This document shows, piece after piece, positions 27,901 through 41,560 of a DNA stretch of 64,000 nucleotides (the first letter of the stretch is position 1; every line of letters begins with the position of its first letter). The notes beneath the pieces are model-generated. The model worked only from the letters and a program-made list of their open reading frames with translations, ran no database searches and was not told the DNA's origin. The stretch is from the NCBI GenBank assembly GCA_051362555.1, contig CM120644.1:21164534-21228533 (forward strand), read 5' to 3'. The position numbers were made by a program, and so were the translations under genes. The stretch comes from Lingula anatina (Eukaryota; Animalia; Brachiopoda).

Positions 27901-30900
27901 AACAACAATAAAAATCTGGGATAAGCTGAACAGTTGTCTGTGTCTTTTTGTAATGGTAAAGTTAATGGGAAATTAATCATCAGAAGAGTGACAATTAACC
28001 GAAACAAATATTTCAATATCGCAATGTATTATTTACTCTGAAAGAAAACAGCAAATGTGATGATTTGAGGTTGTTTGTGTAGGAAGTTGCAAGTTACCTA
28101 AACTGTCATCTGGAATGCAATATATACCCATAAATGACTTCTCCTTACTACCAATGCCAGATGCAGATTACTCCTTACAATGGGATTCTGGAAGGGGTGG
28201 TTGTTATCACAATATCTGACAATGTCCTAAATCCTGCCAAATATCGTGTACTGTACACATGGATGAGAAATAGTGCTGCTCTTGGTGCCGTCTTTCACTG
28301 CCTGCTTTTTCATGGTAAGGGTACTCTGGAAAAAGAACAATATAACTGAAAGAACTGAAAATTACATTGAAAAGACTGGCAAATTCAATGACTTAAAATA
28401 GTTAAACGATAATAATTTTGTCAAATCTGGTCTAATATTTCTGAAATTTGTACAAAAGATGCTTAACAACAATAAAAATATGTGATAATATGATCAGTTG
28501 ACTGTAACTAATGAAAAGTGTTTTTTAAGACAATATATTTGGGAAAACTAAAAATTACTTTGAAAAGACTGGGAAATCGTTGGACTTAAAATAGTTAAAC
28601 ACTAATAATTTTGTCAAAAATGGTCCAATATTTCTGAAATTTATACAAATGAAGCTTAACAGTAATAAAAATCTGTGATAAGCTGATCAGTTGACTGTAT
28701 TTAATGAAAAGTGTTTTTTAGGACAATATATTTCGGACAACTAAAAAATTATATTGAAAAGACTGGCAAATTGCAGGACTTAAATTAGTTAAACGCTAAT
28801 AATTTTGTCAAATCTGGACCAATATTTGTGAAATTTGTACAGATGATGCTTAACAACAATAAAAATCTGTGATAAGCTGATCAGTTGACTGAGACTAATG
28901 AAAAGTATTGTCTTCGGATGATATATGTGAGAAAACTGAAAGTTACACTGAAAATTAACACTGCAAAATTCAATGACTTAAAATAGTTAAATGTTAATAA
29001 TTTTGTCAAATCTGGTCTAATATTTCTGAAATTTGTACAAAAGATGCTTAACAACAATAAAAATATGTGATAATCTGATCAGTTGACTGTATTTAATGAA
29101 AAGTGTTTTTTAATACAATATATTTGGGAAAACTAAAAATTACATTGAAAAGACTGGGAAATCGTTGGACTTAAAATAGTTAAACACTAATAATTTTGTC
29201 AAAAATGGTCCAATATTTCTGAAATTCATACAAATGATGCTTAACAACAATAAAAATCTGTGATAAGCTGATCAGTTGACTGTACTTAATGAAAAGTGTT
29301 TTTGAGGACAATATATTTCGGACAACTAAAAAATTATATTGAAAAGACTGGCAAATTGCAGGACTTAAAATAGTTAAACGCTAATTATTTTGTCAAATCT
29401 GGACCAATATTTGTGAAATTTGTACAGATGATGCTTAACAACAATAAAAATCTGTGATAAGCTGATCAGTTGACTGAGACTAATGAAAAGTATTGTCTTC
29501 GGATGATATATGTGAGAAAACTGAAAGTTACACTGAAAATAATTAACACTGCAAAATTCCATGACTGAAAATAGTTAAACATTAATAATTTTAGAAAATT
29601 TTGTCCAATGTTTCTGAAATCTGTACAAATGATTTTTAACAACAATAAAAATCTGGGATAAGCTGAACAGTTGTCTGTGTCTTTTTGTAATGGTAAAGTT
29701 AATGGGAAATTAATCATCAGAAGAGTGACAATTAACCGAAACAAATATTTCAATATCGCAATGTATTATTTACTCTGAAAGAAAACAGCAAATGTGATGA
29801 TTTGAGGTTGTTTGTGTAGGAAGTTGCAAGTTACCTAAACTGTCATCTGGAATGCAATATATACCCATAAATGACTTCTCCTTACTACCAATGCCAGATG
29901 CAGATTACTCCTTACAATGGGATTCTGGAAGGGGTGGTTGTTATCACAATATCTGACAATGTCCTAAATCCTGCCAAATATCGTGTACTGTACACATGGA
30001 TAAGATATAGTGCTGCTCTTGGTGCCGTCTTTCACTGCCTGCTTTTTCATGGTAAGGGTACTCTGGAAAAAGAACAATATAACTGAAAGAACTGAAAATT
30101 ACATTGAAAAGACTGGCAAATTCAATGACTTAAAATAGTTAAACGATAATAATTTTGTCAAATCTGGTCTAATATTTCTGAAATTTGTACAAAAGATGCT
30201 TAACAACAATAAAAATATGTGATAATATGATCAGTTGACTGTAACTAATGAAAAGTGTTTTTTAAGACAATATATTTGGGAAAACTAAAAATTACTTTGA
30301 AAAGACTGGGAAATCGTTGGACTTAAAATAGTTAAACACTAATAATTTTGTCAAAAATGGTCCAATATTTCTGAAATTTATACAAATGAAGCTTAACAGC
30401 AATAAAAATCTGTGATAAGCTGATCAGTTGACTGTATTTAATGAAAAGTGTTTTTTAGGACAATATATTTCGGACAACTAAAAAATTATATTGAAAAGAC
30501 TGGCAAATTGCAGGACTTAAAATAGTTAAACGCTAATAATTTTGTCAAATCTGGACCAATATTTGTGAAATTTGTACAGATGATGCTTAACAACAATAAA
30601 AATCTGTGATAAGCTGATCAGTTGACTGAGACTAATGAAAAGTATTGTCTTCGGATGATATATGTGAGAAAACTGAAAGTTACACTGAAAATTAACACTG
30701 CAAAATTCAATGACTTAAAATAGTTAAATGTTAATAATTTTGTCAAATCTGGTCTAATATTTCTGAAATTTGTACAAAAGATGCTTAACAACAATAAAAA
30801 TATGTGATAATCTGATCAGTTGACTGTATCTAATGAAAAGTGTTTTTTAATACAATATATTTGGGAAAACTAAAAATTACATTGAAAAGACTGGGAAATC

Positions 30901-33900
30901 GTTGGACTTAAAATAGTTAAACACTAATAATTTTGTCAAAAATGGTCCAATATTTCTGAAATTCATACAAATGATGCTTAACATAAATAAAAATCTGTGA
31001 TAAGCTGATCAGTTGACTGTATTTAATGAAAAGTGTTTTTTTAGGACAATATATTTCGGACAACTAAAAAATTATATTGAAAAGACTGGCAAATTGCAGG
31101 ACTTAAAATAGTTAAACGTTAATAATTTTGTCAAATCTGGACCAATATTTGCGAAATTTGTACAGATGATGCTTAACAACAATAAAAATCTGTGATAAGC
31201 TGATCAGTTGACTGAGACTAATGAAAAGTATTGTCTTCGGATGATATATGTGAGAAAACTGAAAGTTACACTGAAAATTAACACTGCAAAATTCAATGAC
31301 TTAAAATAGTTAAATGTTAATAATTTTGTCAAATCTGGTCTAATATTTCTGAAATTTGTACAAAAGATGCTTAACAACAATAAAAATATGTGATAATCTG
31401 ATCAGTTGACTGTATCTAATGAAAAGTGTTTTTTAATACAATATATTTGGGAAAACTAAAAATTACATTGAAAAGACTGGGAAATCGTTGGACTTAAAAT
31501 AGTTAAACACTAATAATTTTGTCAAAAATGGTCCAATATTTCTGAAATTCATACAAATGATGCTTAACAACAATAAAAATCTGTGATAAGCTGATCAGTT
31601 GACTGTATTTAATGAAAAGTGTTTTTGAGGACAATATATTTCGGACAACTAAAAAATTATATTGAAAAGACTGGCAAATTGCAGGACTTAAAATAGTTAA
31701 ACGCTAATTTTTTTGTCAAATCTGGACCAATATTTGCGAAATTTGTACAGATGATGCTTAACAACAATAAAAATCTGTGATACGCTGATCACTTGACTGT
31801 GACTAATGAAAAGTATTGTCTTCGGATGATATATGTGAGAAAACTGAAAGTTACACTGAAAATAATTAACACTGCAAAATTCCATGACTGAAAATAGTTA
31901 AACATTAATAATTTTAGAAAATTTTGTCCAATGTTTCTGAAATCTGTACAAATGATTTTTAACAACAATAAAAATCTGGGATAAGCTGAACAGTTGTCTG
32001 TGTCTTTTTGTAATGGTAAAGTTAATGGGAAATTGATCATCAGAAGAGTGACAATTAACCGAAACAAATATTTCAATATCGCAATGTATTATTTACTCTG
32101 AAAGAAAACAGCAAATGTGATGATTTGAGGTTGTTTGTGTAGGAAGTTGCAAGTTACCTAAACTGTCATCTGGAATGCAATATATACCCATAAATGACTT
32201 CTCCTTACTACCAATGCCAGATGCAGATTACTCCTTACAATGGGATTCTGGAAGGGGTGGTTGTTATCACAATATCTGACAATGTCCTTAATCCTGCCAA
32301 ATATCGTGTACTGTACACATGGATAAGATATAGTGCTGCTCTTGGTGCCATCTTTCACTGCCTGCTTTTTCATGGTAAGGGTACTCTGGAAAAAGAACAA
32401 TATAACTGAAAGAACTGAAAATTACATTGAAAAGACTGGCAAATTCAATGACTTAAAATAGTTAAACGATAATAATTTTGTCAAATCTGGTCTAATATTT
32501 CTGAAATTTGTACAAAAGATGCTTAACAACAATAAAAATATGTGATAATATGATCAGTTGACTGTAACTAATGAAAAGTGTTTTTTAAGACAATATATTT
32601 GGGAAAACTAAAAATTACTTTGAAAAGACTGGGAAATCGTTGGACTTTAAATAGTTAAACACTAATAATTTTGTCAAAAATGGTCCAATATTTCTGAAAT
32701 TTATACAAATGATGCTTAACAGCAATAAAAATCTGTGATAAGCTGATCAGTTGACTGTATTTAATGAAAAGTGTTTTTTAGGACAATATATTTTGGACAA
32801 CTAAAAAATTATATTGAAAAGACTGGGAAATTGCAGGACTTAAAATAGTTAAACGCTAATAATTTTGTCAAATCTGGACCAATATTTGTGAAATTGGTAC
32901 AGATGATGCTTAACAACAATAAAAATCTGTGATAAGCTGATCAGTTGACTGAGACTAATGAAAAGTATTGTCTTCGGATGATATATGTGAGAAAACTGAA
33001 AGTTACACTGAAAATTAACACTGCAAAATTCAATGACTTAAAATAGTTAAATGTTAATAATTTTGTCAAATCTGGTCTAATATTTCTGAAATTTGTACAA
33101 AAGATGCTTAACAACAATAAAAATATGTGATAATCTGATCAGTTGACTGTATCTAATGAAAAGTGTTTTTTAATACAATATATTTGGGAAAACTAAAAAT
33201 TACATTGAAAAGACTGGGAAATCGTTGGACTTAAAATAGTTAAACACTAATAATTTTGTCAAAAATGGTCCAATATTTCTGAAATTCATACAAATGATGC
33301 TTAACAACAATAAAAATCTGTGATAAGCTGATCAGTTAACTGTATTTAATGAAAAGTGTTTTTGAGGACAATATATTTCGGACAACTAAAAAGTTATATT
33401 GAAAAGACTGGCAAATTGCAGGACTTAAAATAGTTAAACGCTAATTATTTTGTCAAATCTGGACCAATATTTGCGAAATTTGTACAGATGATGCTTAACA
33501 ACAATAAAAATCTGTGATACCCTGATCACTTGACTGTGACTAATGAAAAGTATTGTCTTCGGATGATATATGTGAGAAAACTGAAAGTTACACTGAAAAT
33601 AATTAACACTGCAAAATTCCATGACTGAAAATAGTTAAACATTAATAATTTAAAAAAATTTTGTCCAATGTTTCTGAAATCTGTACAAATGATTTTTAAC
33701 AAGAATAAAAATCTGGGATAAGCTGAACAGTTGTCTGTGTCTTTTTGAAATGGTAAAGTTAATGGGAAATTGATCATCAGAAGATGTGACAATTAACCGA
33801 AACAAATATTTCAATATCGCAATGCATTATTTACTCTGAAAGAAAACAGCAAATGTGATGATTTGAGGTTGTTTGTGTAGGAAGTTGCAAGTTACCTTAA

Positions 33901-35620
33901 CTGTCATCTGGAATGCAATATATACCCATAAATGACTTCTCCTTACTACCAATGCCAGATGCAGATTACTCCTTACAATGGGATTCTGGAAGGGGTGGTT
34001 GTTATCACAATATCTGACAATGTCCTAAATCCTGCCAAATATCGTGTACTGTACACATGGATAAGACATAGTGCTGCTCTTGGTGCCGTCTTTCACTGCC
34101 TGCTTTTTCATGGTAAGGGTACTCTGGAAAAAGAACAAAATAACTGAAAGAACTGAAAATTACATTGAAAAGACTGGCAAATTCAATGACTTAAAATAGT
34201 TAAACGATAATAATTTTGTCAAATCTGGTCTAATATTTCTGAAATTTGTACAAAAGATGCTTAACAACAATAAAAATATGTGATAATATGATCAGTTGAC
34301 TGTATCTAATGAAAAGTGTTTTTTAAGACAATATATTTGGGAAAACTAAAAATTACATTGAAAAGACTGGGAAATTGTTGGACTTAAAATAGTTAAACAC
34401 TAATAATTTTGTCAAAAATGGTCCAATATTTCTGAAATTTATACAAATGATGCTTAACAACAATAAAAATCTGTGATAATCTGATCAGTTGACTGTATTT
34501 AATGAAAAGTGTTTTTGAAGACAATATATTTCGGACAACTAAAAAATTATATTGAAAAGACTGGGAAATCGTTGGACTTAAAATAGTTAAACACTAATAA
34601 TTTTGTCAAAAATGGTCCAATATTTCTGAAATTCATACAAATGATGCTTAACATAAATAAAAATCTGTGATAAGCTGATCAGTTGACTGTATTTAATGAA
34701 AAGTGTTTTTTAGGACAATATATTTCGGACAACTAAAAAATTATATTGAAAAGACTGGCAAATTGCAGGACTTAAAATAGTTAAACGCTAATTATTTTGT
34801 CAAATCTGGACCAATATTTGTGAAATTTGTACAGATGATGCTTAACAACAATAAAAATCTGTGATAAGCTGATCAGTTGACTGAGACTAATGAAAAGTAT
34901 TGTCTTCGGATGATATATGTGAGAAAACTGAAAGTTACACTGAAAATTAACACTGCAAAATTCAATGACTTAAAATAGTTAAATGTTAATAATTTTGTCA
35001 AATCTGGTCTAATATTTCTGAAATTTGTACAAAAGATGCTTAACAACAATAAAAATATGTGATAATCTGATCAGTTGACTGTATTTAATGAAAAGTGTTT
35101 TTTAGGACAATATATTTCGGACAACTAAAAAATTATATTGAAAAGACTGGGAAATTGCAGGCCTTCAAATAGTTAAACTCTAATAATTTTGTCAAAAATG
35201 GTACAATATTTCTGAAAATTGTACAAATGATGCTTAACAACAATAAAAATCTGTAATAAGCTGAGCAGTTGACTGTATTTAATGAAAAGTGTTTTTGAGG
35301 ACAATATATTTCGGACAACTAAAAAATTACATTGAAAAGACTGGGAAATTGCAGGCCTTCAAATAGTTAAACGTTAATAATTTTGTCAAATCTAGTCCAA
35401 TAATTCTGGAATTTGTACAGATGATGTTTAACAACAATAAAAATCTGTGATAAGCTGATCAGTTGACTGTATCTAATGAAAAGTATTTTTTAGGACAATA
35501 TATTTGGGAAAACTAAAATTTACATTGAAAAGACTGGCAAATTGCAGGCCTTAAAATGGTTTAATGTTAATAATTTTGTCAAATCTTGTCCAATGTTTCT
35601 GAAATTTGTACAAATGATGT
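6938..35620. repeat. Higher-order satellite array: 195-bp monomers in 585-bp trimers, punctuated by 14 copies of a cassette (one divergent monomer plus ~370 bp non-satellite DNA)
   Basis: Cassette marker positions are 7245, 10155, 13065, 15975, 17712, 18864, 20601, 22923, 24075, 25812, 28134, 29871, 32194 and 33932. Spacings equal 567 + n x 585 (within 3 bp). Monomer core is aaatagttaaac...gctgatcagttgactg...gaaaagactgg. Confidence 0.97.
7209..7436 (-). pseudogene. 228-nt exon-like segment repeated in each of the 14 cassettes (first copy given)
   Basis: Acceptor ttgttctttttccag and donor ag|gtaact, followed by a 60-nt intron-like stretch ending gttttctttcag (~7149). Stops occur in all frames except in copy 13. 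Confidence 0.5.
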
Positions 35621-35624
35621 GTAG

Positions 35625-35713
35625 TAGTCTGGAGTCATTGTGTTTTACTGTGGCAGTATAGTCCTGTGCCTCCTAGTACAGTGTGGTGTGGAGTCATGAT
35701 GGACTGGAAAAGA

Positions 35714-35755
<42 letters not shown>

Positions 35756-36449
35756 AGTGATCTGAGGCTTTTTCCGTAAGATCCAGAATATTAGAGTAAT
35801 TTTAGTAGGTTTACTACATGTGTACATCATATTAACTGTGAAGAAATGAATATATAAATTACAAAATAAAGCGTTGTTGTAAGTCAAGGCTGAGGAGGAA
35901 AAAGGTCTACTTATAAATCAGATACAACATCAGTTCTCTAGTTAATTATCTTACCTTCATAAGCCAATGCAAAACTAGATGAAAAGGGAATGCCCGGGAA
36001 TGGCAAAACTTGAAGTATCTGACGGTGTGCAATCTTGTCAGTTCCCTAAAAACAATTTTAGCCTGCACGTTAACATTCTGTAGCACATTGTAAAATCTTC
36101 ACAAGCACATTGCATCGTGATGTGAACAGTGAACAACTGACACAGTCGATACCGTGTGTGTCCTTCACTTCAGATGTCTCATCCTGAACTCACCGATAAA
36201 GTTTGCCAAAAGAATCTATAACAGAACCATGAAAGGAAAGGGTCCTGATGGAAGGTGACCTTCAGTGTACAGAACGTTTGATGAAAATCCCGGCTTTTCA
36301 GCGTCACCCTTTGCATACATTGTTTCGTATAGATGGCGCTGTGCAAGAGGTGAGACTTTGGATTTGTGATGGACTGCGGCCATTATCAGCAACAGGTTCG
36401 CCGCCTTCTTTCTAAGAAACTCGTGCAAGGAGGGAGAGGCTTCTGGCAC
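35625..36449 (-). pseudogene. Decayed 5' exons of the minus-strand unit that runs into the satellite
   Basis: Relatively GC-rich ORF 36216-36449 (…MAAVHHKSKVSPLAQRHLYETM…), donor aag|gtaaga at ~35955, and acceptor (t)n-gtcttttccag at ~35704. Internal stops are present. Confidence 0.35.
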
Positions 36450-36539
36450 TGCAATAGATATTACCAGGGTCCAAGTATTGATATATGTATATTGTGATAT
36501 ATTGTGATTTGTATTTAGCAGAAAGACTCAAGGTCGAGA

Positions 36540-36620
36540 GCTTCAACTAAGCGTCAATCTGATTGGTTTAAAGTTAAGGAAACAATACAGGAGCCGTCCA
36601 ATGAAATTCCTTTATACAAT
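36540..36620. promoter_or_regulatory. Candidate bidirectional promoter with two opposed CCAAT boxes
   Basis: tgattggtt (~36560) and gtccaatg (~36596) lie between divergent exon sets. Confidence 0.4.
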
Positions 36621-36657
36621 AATTATTCTTATTAATTGTTTTGTAAGCAAAGAGACA

Positions 36658-39285
36658 ATGTCTACACAGTCATTGGTAAGTTTTATTTATTTTTTTTTTA
36701 TTCAAAACTTAAACCCGGCAGCAAGTTTAATGTAATCCCTCATAGCGCCTTTTTACCGGTACCTGTTCACGAATTTTACGATTCAATAATATTCTAAATG
36801 AATTTCTTATAAATTTCCTGTCATACAACGTTTTGCTGATCTGTCACAAACTACCAAATTGTTCAACTTATGATTTCATTTATTTATTATACATATTGCA
36901 GATGACACCTGATATGGAGATTAAGATAAACAAAGAAGAACAGTGTGCGCGTAAGTTGCGTGTGTGTGTGTGTGTGTGTGACTGTGTGTTTGATAATTGG
37001 GCTAGCAATTCATTACAATGGGCCTAAAACAACTAATTTCTTCATGATATGAAAGTAAGATATCCCATTCTTCATTTCCATTAATTAAGTGGTCAATTTG
37101 AATGCTGTAGTAAAAATATCAAAAAGATATATTGATAGGATCTCTTTCTTTTTTTACTTTGTTTTGAACAGCCAAGGCCAAAGTTAGAATTATTCTAAGA
37201 GCCAACTTGTTGAAAGCTAAACTAGTGGGCAGGGGAACTGCCGTTGGAGGCTGGGACACCCAGCGCGGCATTAACATGCCAAGGACTACCAGCATGGGTG
37301 TCCCGTCTCTTAGGGCAGAGTTTCTCCTGCCCAAGGGCTCAAAAATGGAATGGAAATTCATTAAGCCACAAAATGTAATTATTATACCTTTTTTTTTTTT
37401 TTTTTTACAAAAGTAATGATATAAGGTAAAATAGTTTTCTTTGAAATTTAAAAAGAAAATTTTAAGTCCTGCATGTTTAAGTAATTATTTATACCTTCAT
37501 TTTTCTAGTGTTTTTGATTTATCAGTTATTGTATATATTTATAAACATTTTATTTTTCATTTTAGACATAAACATATTATTCAAGTTATTTATTTATTCA
37601 TTCATCATTCTTTCAGCCTTACCACCCTGGGTCTGGCTGGACATGGGAGCCTGAACCTTTTAGGAACAGGTGCCTCCAGGTGACCACCAAGGACAGCATG
37701 GAAGTGACCTGTACTTGGGGAGAACTGGACATGGAAATAAAAGGTGCTTGATCTTATTATTCTATTTGATATAACCAATGGAAATTTAAGTTGAATTAAC
37801 CTTTCAATTCTGTCATGTATAACATATGGAAATAAAACGTTATTTGATCTCACCATCCTATAAATTATAACCTATGGAAAGCAATAACGAAATGGCCCTT
37901 TCATTCTGCCAAATACATTTTGGACTATATTTTAATTTGTATCATAATTTGTGAATGACAAATAAATGGAAATAAAAGGTGAAATAAACTTTTAATTTTG
38001 TCATGTATAATGTATGGAAAAAAGATTACTTGATCTCATAATCCTATGAAATATAACCTATGGAATGAAATGATAAAATGGTCCTTTAATTCTGTCAAAT
38101 ACATTTTAGGCTATATTTTAATTTATATCACAATTTGTGAATGACAAATGAATGTGACATCTTATTCCAGAGTTGAACTACATGTATGAGCCTGAAGTCC
38201 ACAACAGTGGTAAGTGAATTGCATTATATAATTGTATTGCTCTATTCAAGACAATAATTAAGCAGTTTTAGCAATAAACTTGGTGCATTTTTAAATCTAC
38301 TAGCAAGGAATCATGTAATTAAATTATTTATGACAACAACATCCTGACTCATCGACGGCGCCTGCTGATATCTGGACCTTCAGGGCCTGTTCACAAAGAA
38401 TTTAAAGACCTAGCTAATATGCACTAACTCCATGGAAACTCTCGCTGAATACAATCAGATTAACACACTAACACCCCCCCCTTTGTCTTCAACATCCAGA
38501 ATCACCAGGTTTACTGTATTTTACTCAATGCCATGATGTATTTGATATGTTAAGTTTAGAAAGAACAAATACATGTATTGTGTTTCCTTAGATTTGAATT
38601 CAATTCTCATGTTTCAGCTGATACCAACATAGTAACAATTGTAAAGAATCCTAACACAAAACAGATAGATAAGACAAGCATCTCAGTAAAATAATTATGA
38701 CTTTAATGCACACATGAAACATGCACATGTGCGTGCACACATACACACACACACATGAGCACACACACACTTAAGGCACACACACATGCACACTATGTTG
38801 CACAGTATGTCTGGCTTTTGACAGTCTTAAGAAGATACTTTATCTTCAGAAAAATTGATGCTCTTGCGGTGTTAATCATTGAACATGCTTGGTTTTCCTT
38901 AAAATTCAATTCTGTTTTTTCAGTTGATACCAAAGAAGATAACAATGTAGCAATTGTTAAGATCCTAAGTATTGAGGAGCTAGGTAAGGCTTAATATGCT
39001 TATGCACACACACACATACCGTACACTAACAAGCCCACACACACACATTCATTACACACTGCAAGCATGTTGCTCAAGCAGTCTGGTCTTTAGAATACTT
39101 AAGAAAATTTATTTATTTTTAAGTCAATTAAATCTTTGAATGTGTCTTCAACAAATTGTAATACTGAACCCTAATTGAACATGCACAGGTATGGAATGTT
39201 AAATTTTTATTTGATATCATTTTTTCTTTAGCTGATATCAAAGATACAAAGAGTGTGTCAGATGCTGAGGGCATCAAAGAAAAAG
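36658..39285 (+). CDS. 5' coding micro-exons, probably of the zinc-finger gene: 36658-36675, 36902-36950, 38171-38209, 38924-38983, 39232-39285
   Basis: All have canonical ag/gt boundaries and join in frame (phases 0,1,1,1,1): MSTQSL-MTPDMEIKINKEEQCA-QLNYMYEPEVHNS-VDTKEDNNVAIVKILSIEEL-ADIKDTKSVSDAEGIKEK. Confidence 0.55.
37800..38155. repeat. ~190-bp intronic tandem duplication
   Basis: tgtcatgtataa...ataacctatggaa...aaatacattt...aatttgtgaatgacaaat occurs twice. Confidence 0.8.
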
Positions 39286-40085
39286 GTAACTTAAAGACAG
39301 TAAGGTCAGTTTAACAGGAATTCATTTAATACACTTAAAAAGTGTAAACACACACAGGCGGACTTTAGGGTGGAGATTCCCATAATAAAACAGTTTAAAT
39401 TCACTGATTAGTGATCTAAATCTTTAAATATGTCTTTGACTATGTAAAATAATGTATTGAATCCTTGTTGTGCACAGGCATTGAATGTTAAATTTGTGTT
39501 CCATTTTTTTTCTTCAGTTGATGTCAAAGTTAACAGCTAATACATTTTAATTGAATTATATTTTAATATTTTCATCTTCTAATTTTTTAGGGTCATCATT
39601 GCAGAACTACTATTGCTTCTGTAGCAGCCAGTTAAAAACTTCAAATGACATTCTCTTAATTTTACAATAAAATATAAATTTTGTGTAATCAAATGTGTTT
39701 TGTTTTTCTTTCTTTTCTTAATTGAGGGTAGCATTGGGAATGTGTGATCACAGTTCATGGGAAATAAAATCATCAATTAAAAAATCACAGTAAACGAAAC
39801 TTTATGCATGCCTCACTGGCAGGAGGAGTTGAAAATCCTGAATATTACGAATTACCGGGTATAATGCTTCGTTTCACGAAGGGCAAAAAATAAAAAGCCG
39901 TATTTAAGAGTTACAGGAATGAGGATCTCCCTAAATAATATGAACATTTCATGCATCTCAGGGAAATAAAAAGTGGCTTTCACATGTAACAAAAATACCC
40001 TTTTAAATAAAAAGTTTTTAAAAACATAGAATAGTGATTCTTGCTTTAAGGCAACACTTGATTTCTGATTCAAGTTTATCTTCAA

Positions 40086-41560
40086 TTTTTTTTTTAATTT
40101 CTTTTATTAAAGTTAAGAAATAAACTATACATTGCAAAAACTTTAAAGTATACTCAAATACATACATACACACTCATTCTCACATACCCTACCACGCTGC
40201 TCAATTACTGATAACTTCACTTTTGCTTTTATATTCTAGTATGTTCACATTTGATAACAACAGATAAACTAAGGTTATAATAAAATGCAAATAATTAGTG
40301 CCAAATACACAAAGGATCTCATCCATTTGATGCATATTTTCTTTATAATGTATATTGTGTAACATAAAATATAACATTTGTATATCATGAAAGACAGAAT
40401 GAAGAAAACAAAGATTATGGGGACCCCACCCATCCAGCAAGTTCCCTTTTCAAATTTTACACATCAATAGTAGACTAAGGAACATGACAAAACTATGATG
40501 CACATTTGTGGGTAAAATTGAAGTTACAGTAAACTAACACATACACTGTAGCAAATGCTTTGAAAAAATTAATACACGCAAACCATCTTAATTCAACTAG
40601 AAAGCATTAAAGCCATTGGAATCATTAAAGGTTCCATATATCCCCCCACTCCCATGGATAACAAAATAAAATTAAGGAATTAATTTTTTTAAACATCCAC
40701 ACCATCCTAAAACTATGTTATTTATAGAATATCATACTGCCATACAATGTATCTATTCCTGTTAAATTAAACCAATAATCTATATTTCCAACAACAGTTT
40801 TATGACTTTTATATCTTGAGATTCACAAAAAAAATGTTTTATTAACATCTACACCCGTTTAAAACAATGTAATTTATTCAATTATTAGAGTGTTATTCAA
40901 AGTTTAATCAAATCAAACCAATCCAATGTGGTGTAGACAATAATTCAACAACTTAAGCCTCACAAAACCATAATTAAAAAGTTTATTTTGCTGGTGAGCA
41001 ACCAGAAAAGAAATTTAATCACTTGGTTGTCTCAGTTAGTGGATCAAAGTTTTAACAGACAATACAGCCCCACACATTTTGATATAAAATTTTGGAAGAA
41101 AAAGCTAAAAACAAAAACATCAGTTTTACATCAGTATCAGTTTTACATCAGTATCTTGTGATAACACATGAATCATCCAGTGGGACTGTCATAAAAGTTG
41201 TGGAAAAAATAATTTTAAAAAATATTAATGCTAAATATCAGTGTTGCCTGAAATAAAACTGACTTGACACCAGAAAACTATGGATCTTGAAGTGGTTCAC
41301 TCTAATTATTTCTCTGATCCACATTACTGCCGAGTTTTAAGTTATTTTGAAGAAGAAAAACATGTCCAAGTCAATCTTCTGGTCAAGATTTGCATTTGAT
41401 GAAGTGCACCAGATTTGTCCTCGCTGTCACGCTGATAGTAAAGTGGTCTCCTAGGCTTTTCCTCTGTTAATTTATCTGAAAAATTTTGATATTATTCCTT
41501 AAGAAGATATCCATCGCTTTAGTTCATCAATATGTTTCTAAATAAAGATTATCATTACAC
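40086..41560 (-). mobile_element. Possible heavily decayed non-LTR retrotransposon 3' fragment
   Basis: Minus-strand AATAAA plus A-tail at ~40086-40110 and an eroded C-x2-C...H-like zinc-knuckle remnant near 40490-40545. No intact ORF. Confidence 0.3.

Noticed and set aside
7245-34147. Repeated 71-aa, 62-aa and 95-aa ORFs as a multigene family
   Set aside because: Their recurrence simply reflects the DNA repeat. The minus ORFs lie in satellite monomers, the plus ORF is antisense to the splice-flanked segment, and no domains are recognisable.
6938-35620. CRISPR-like repeat/spacer array
   Set aside because: The 'spacers' are near-identical copies, the repeats are 195 bp, there are no cas genes, and the context is eukaryotic.
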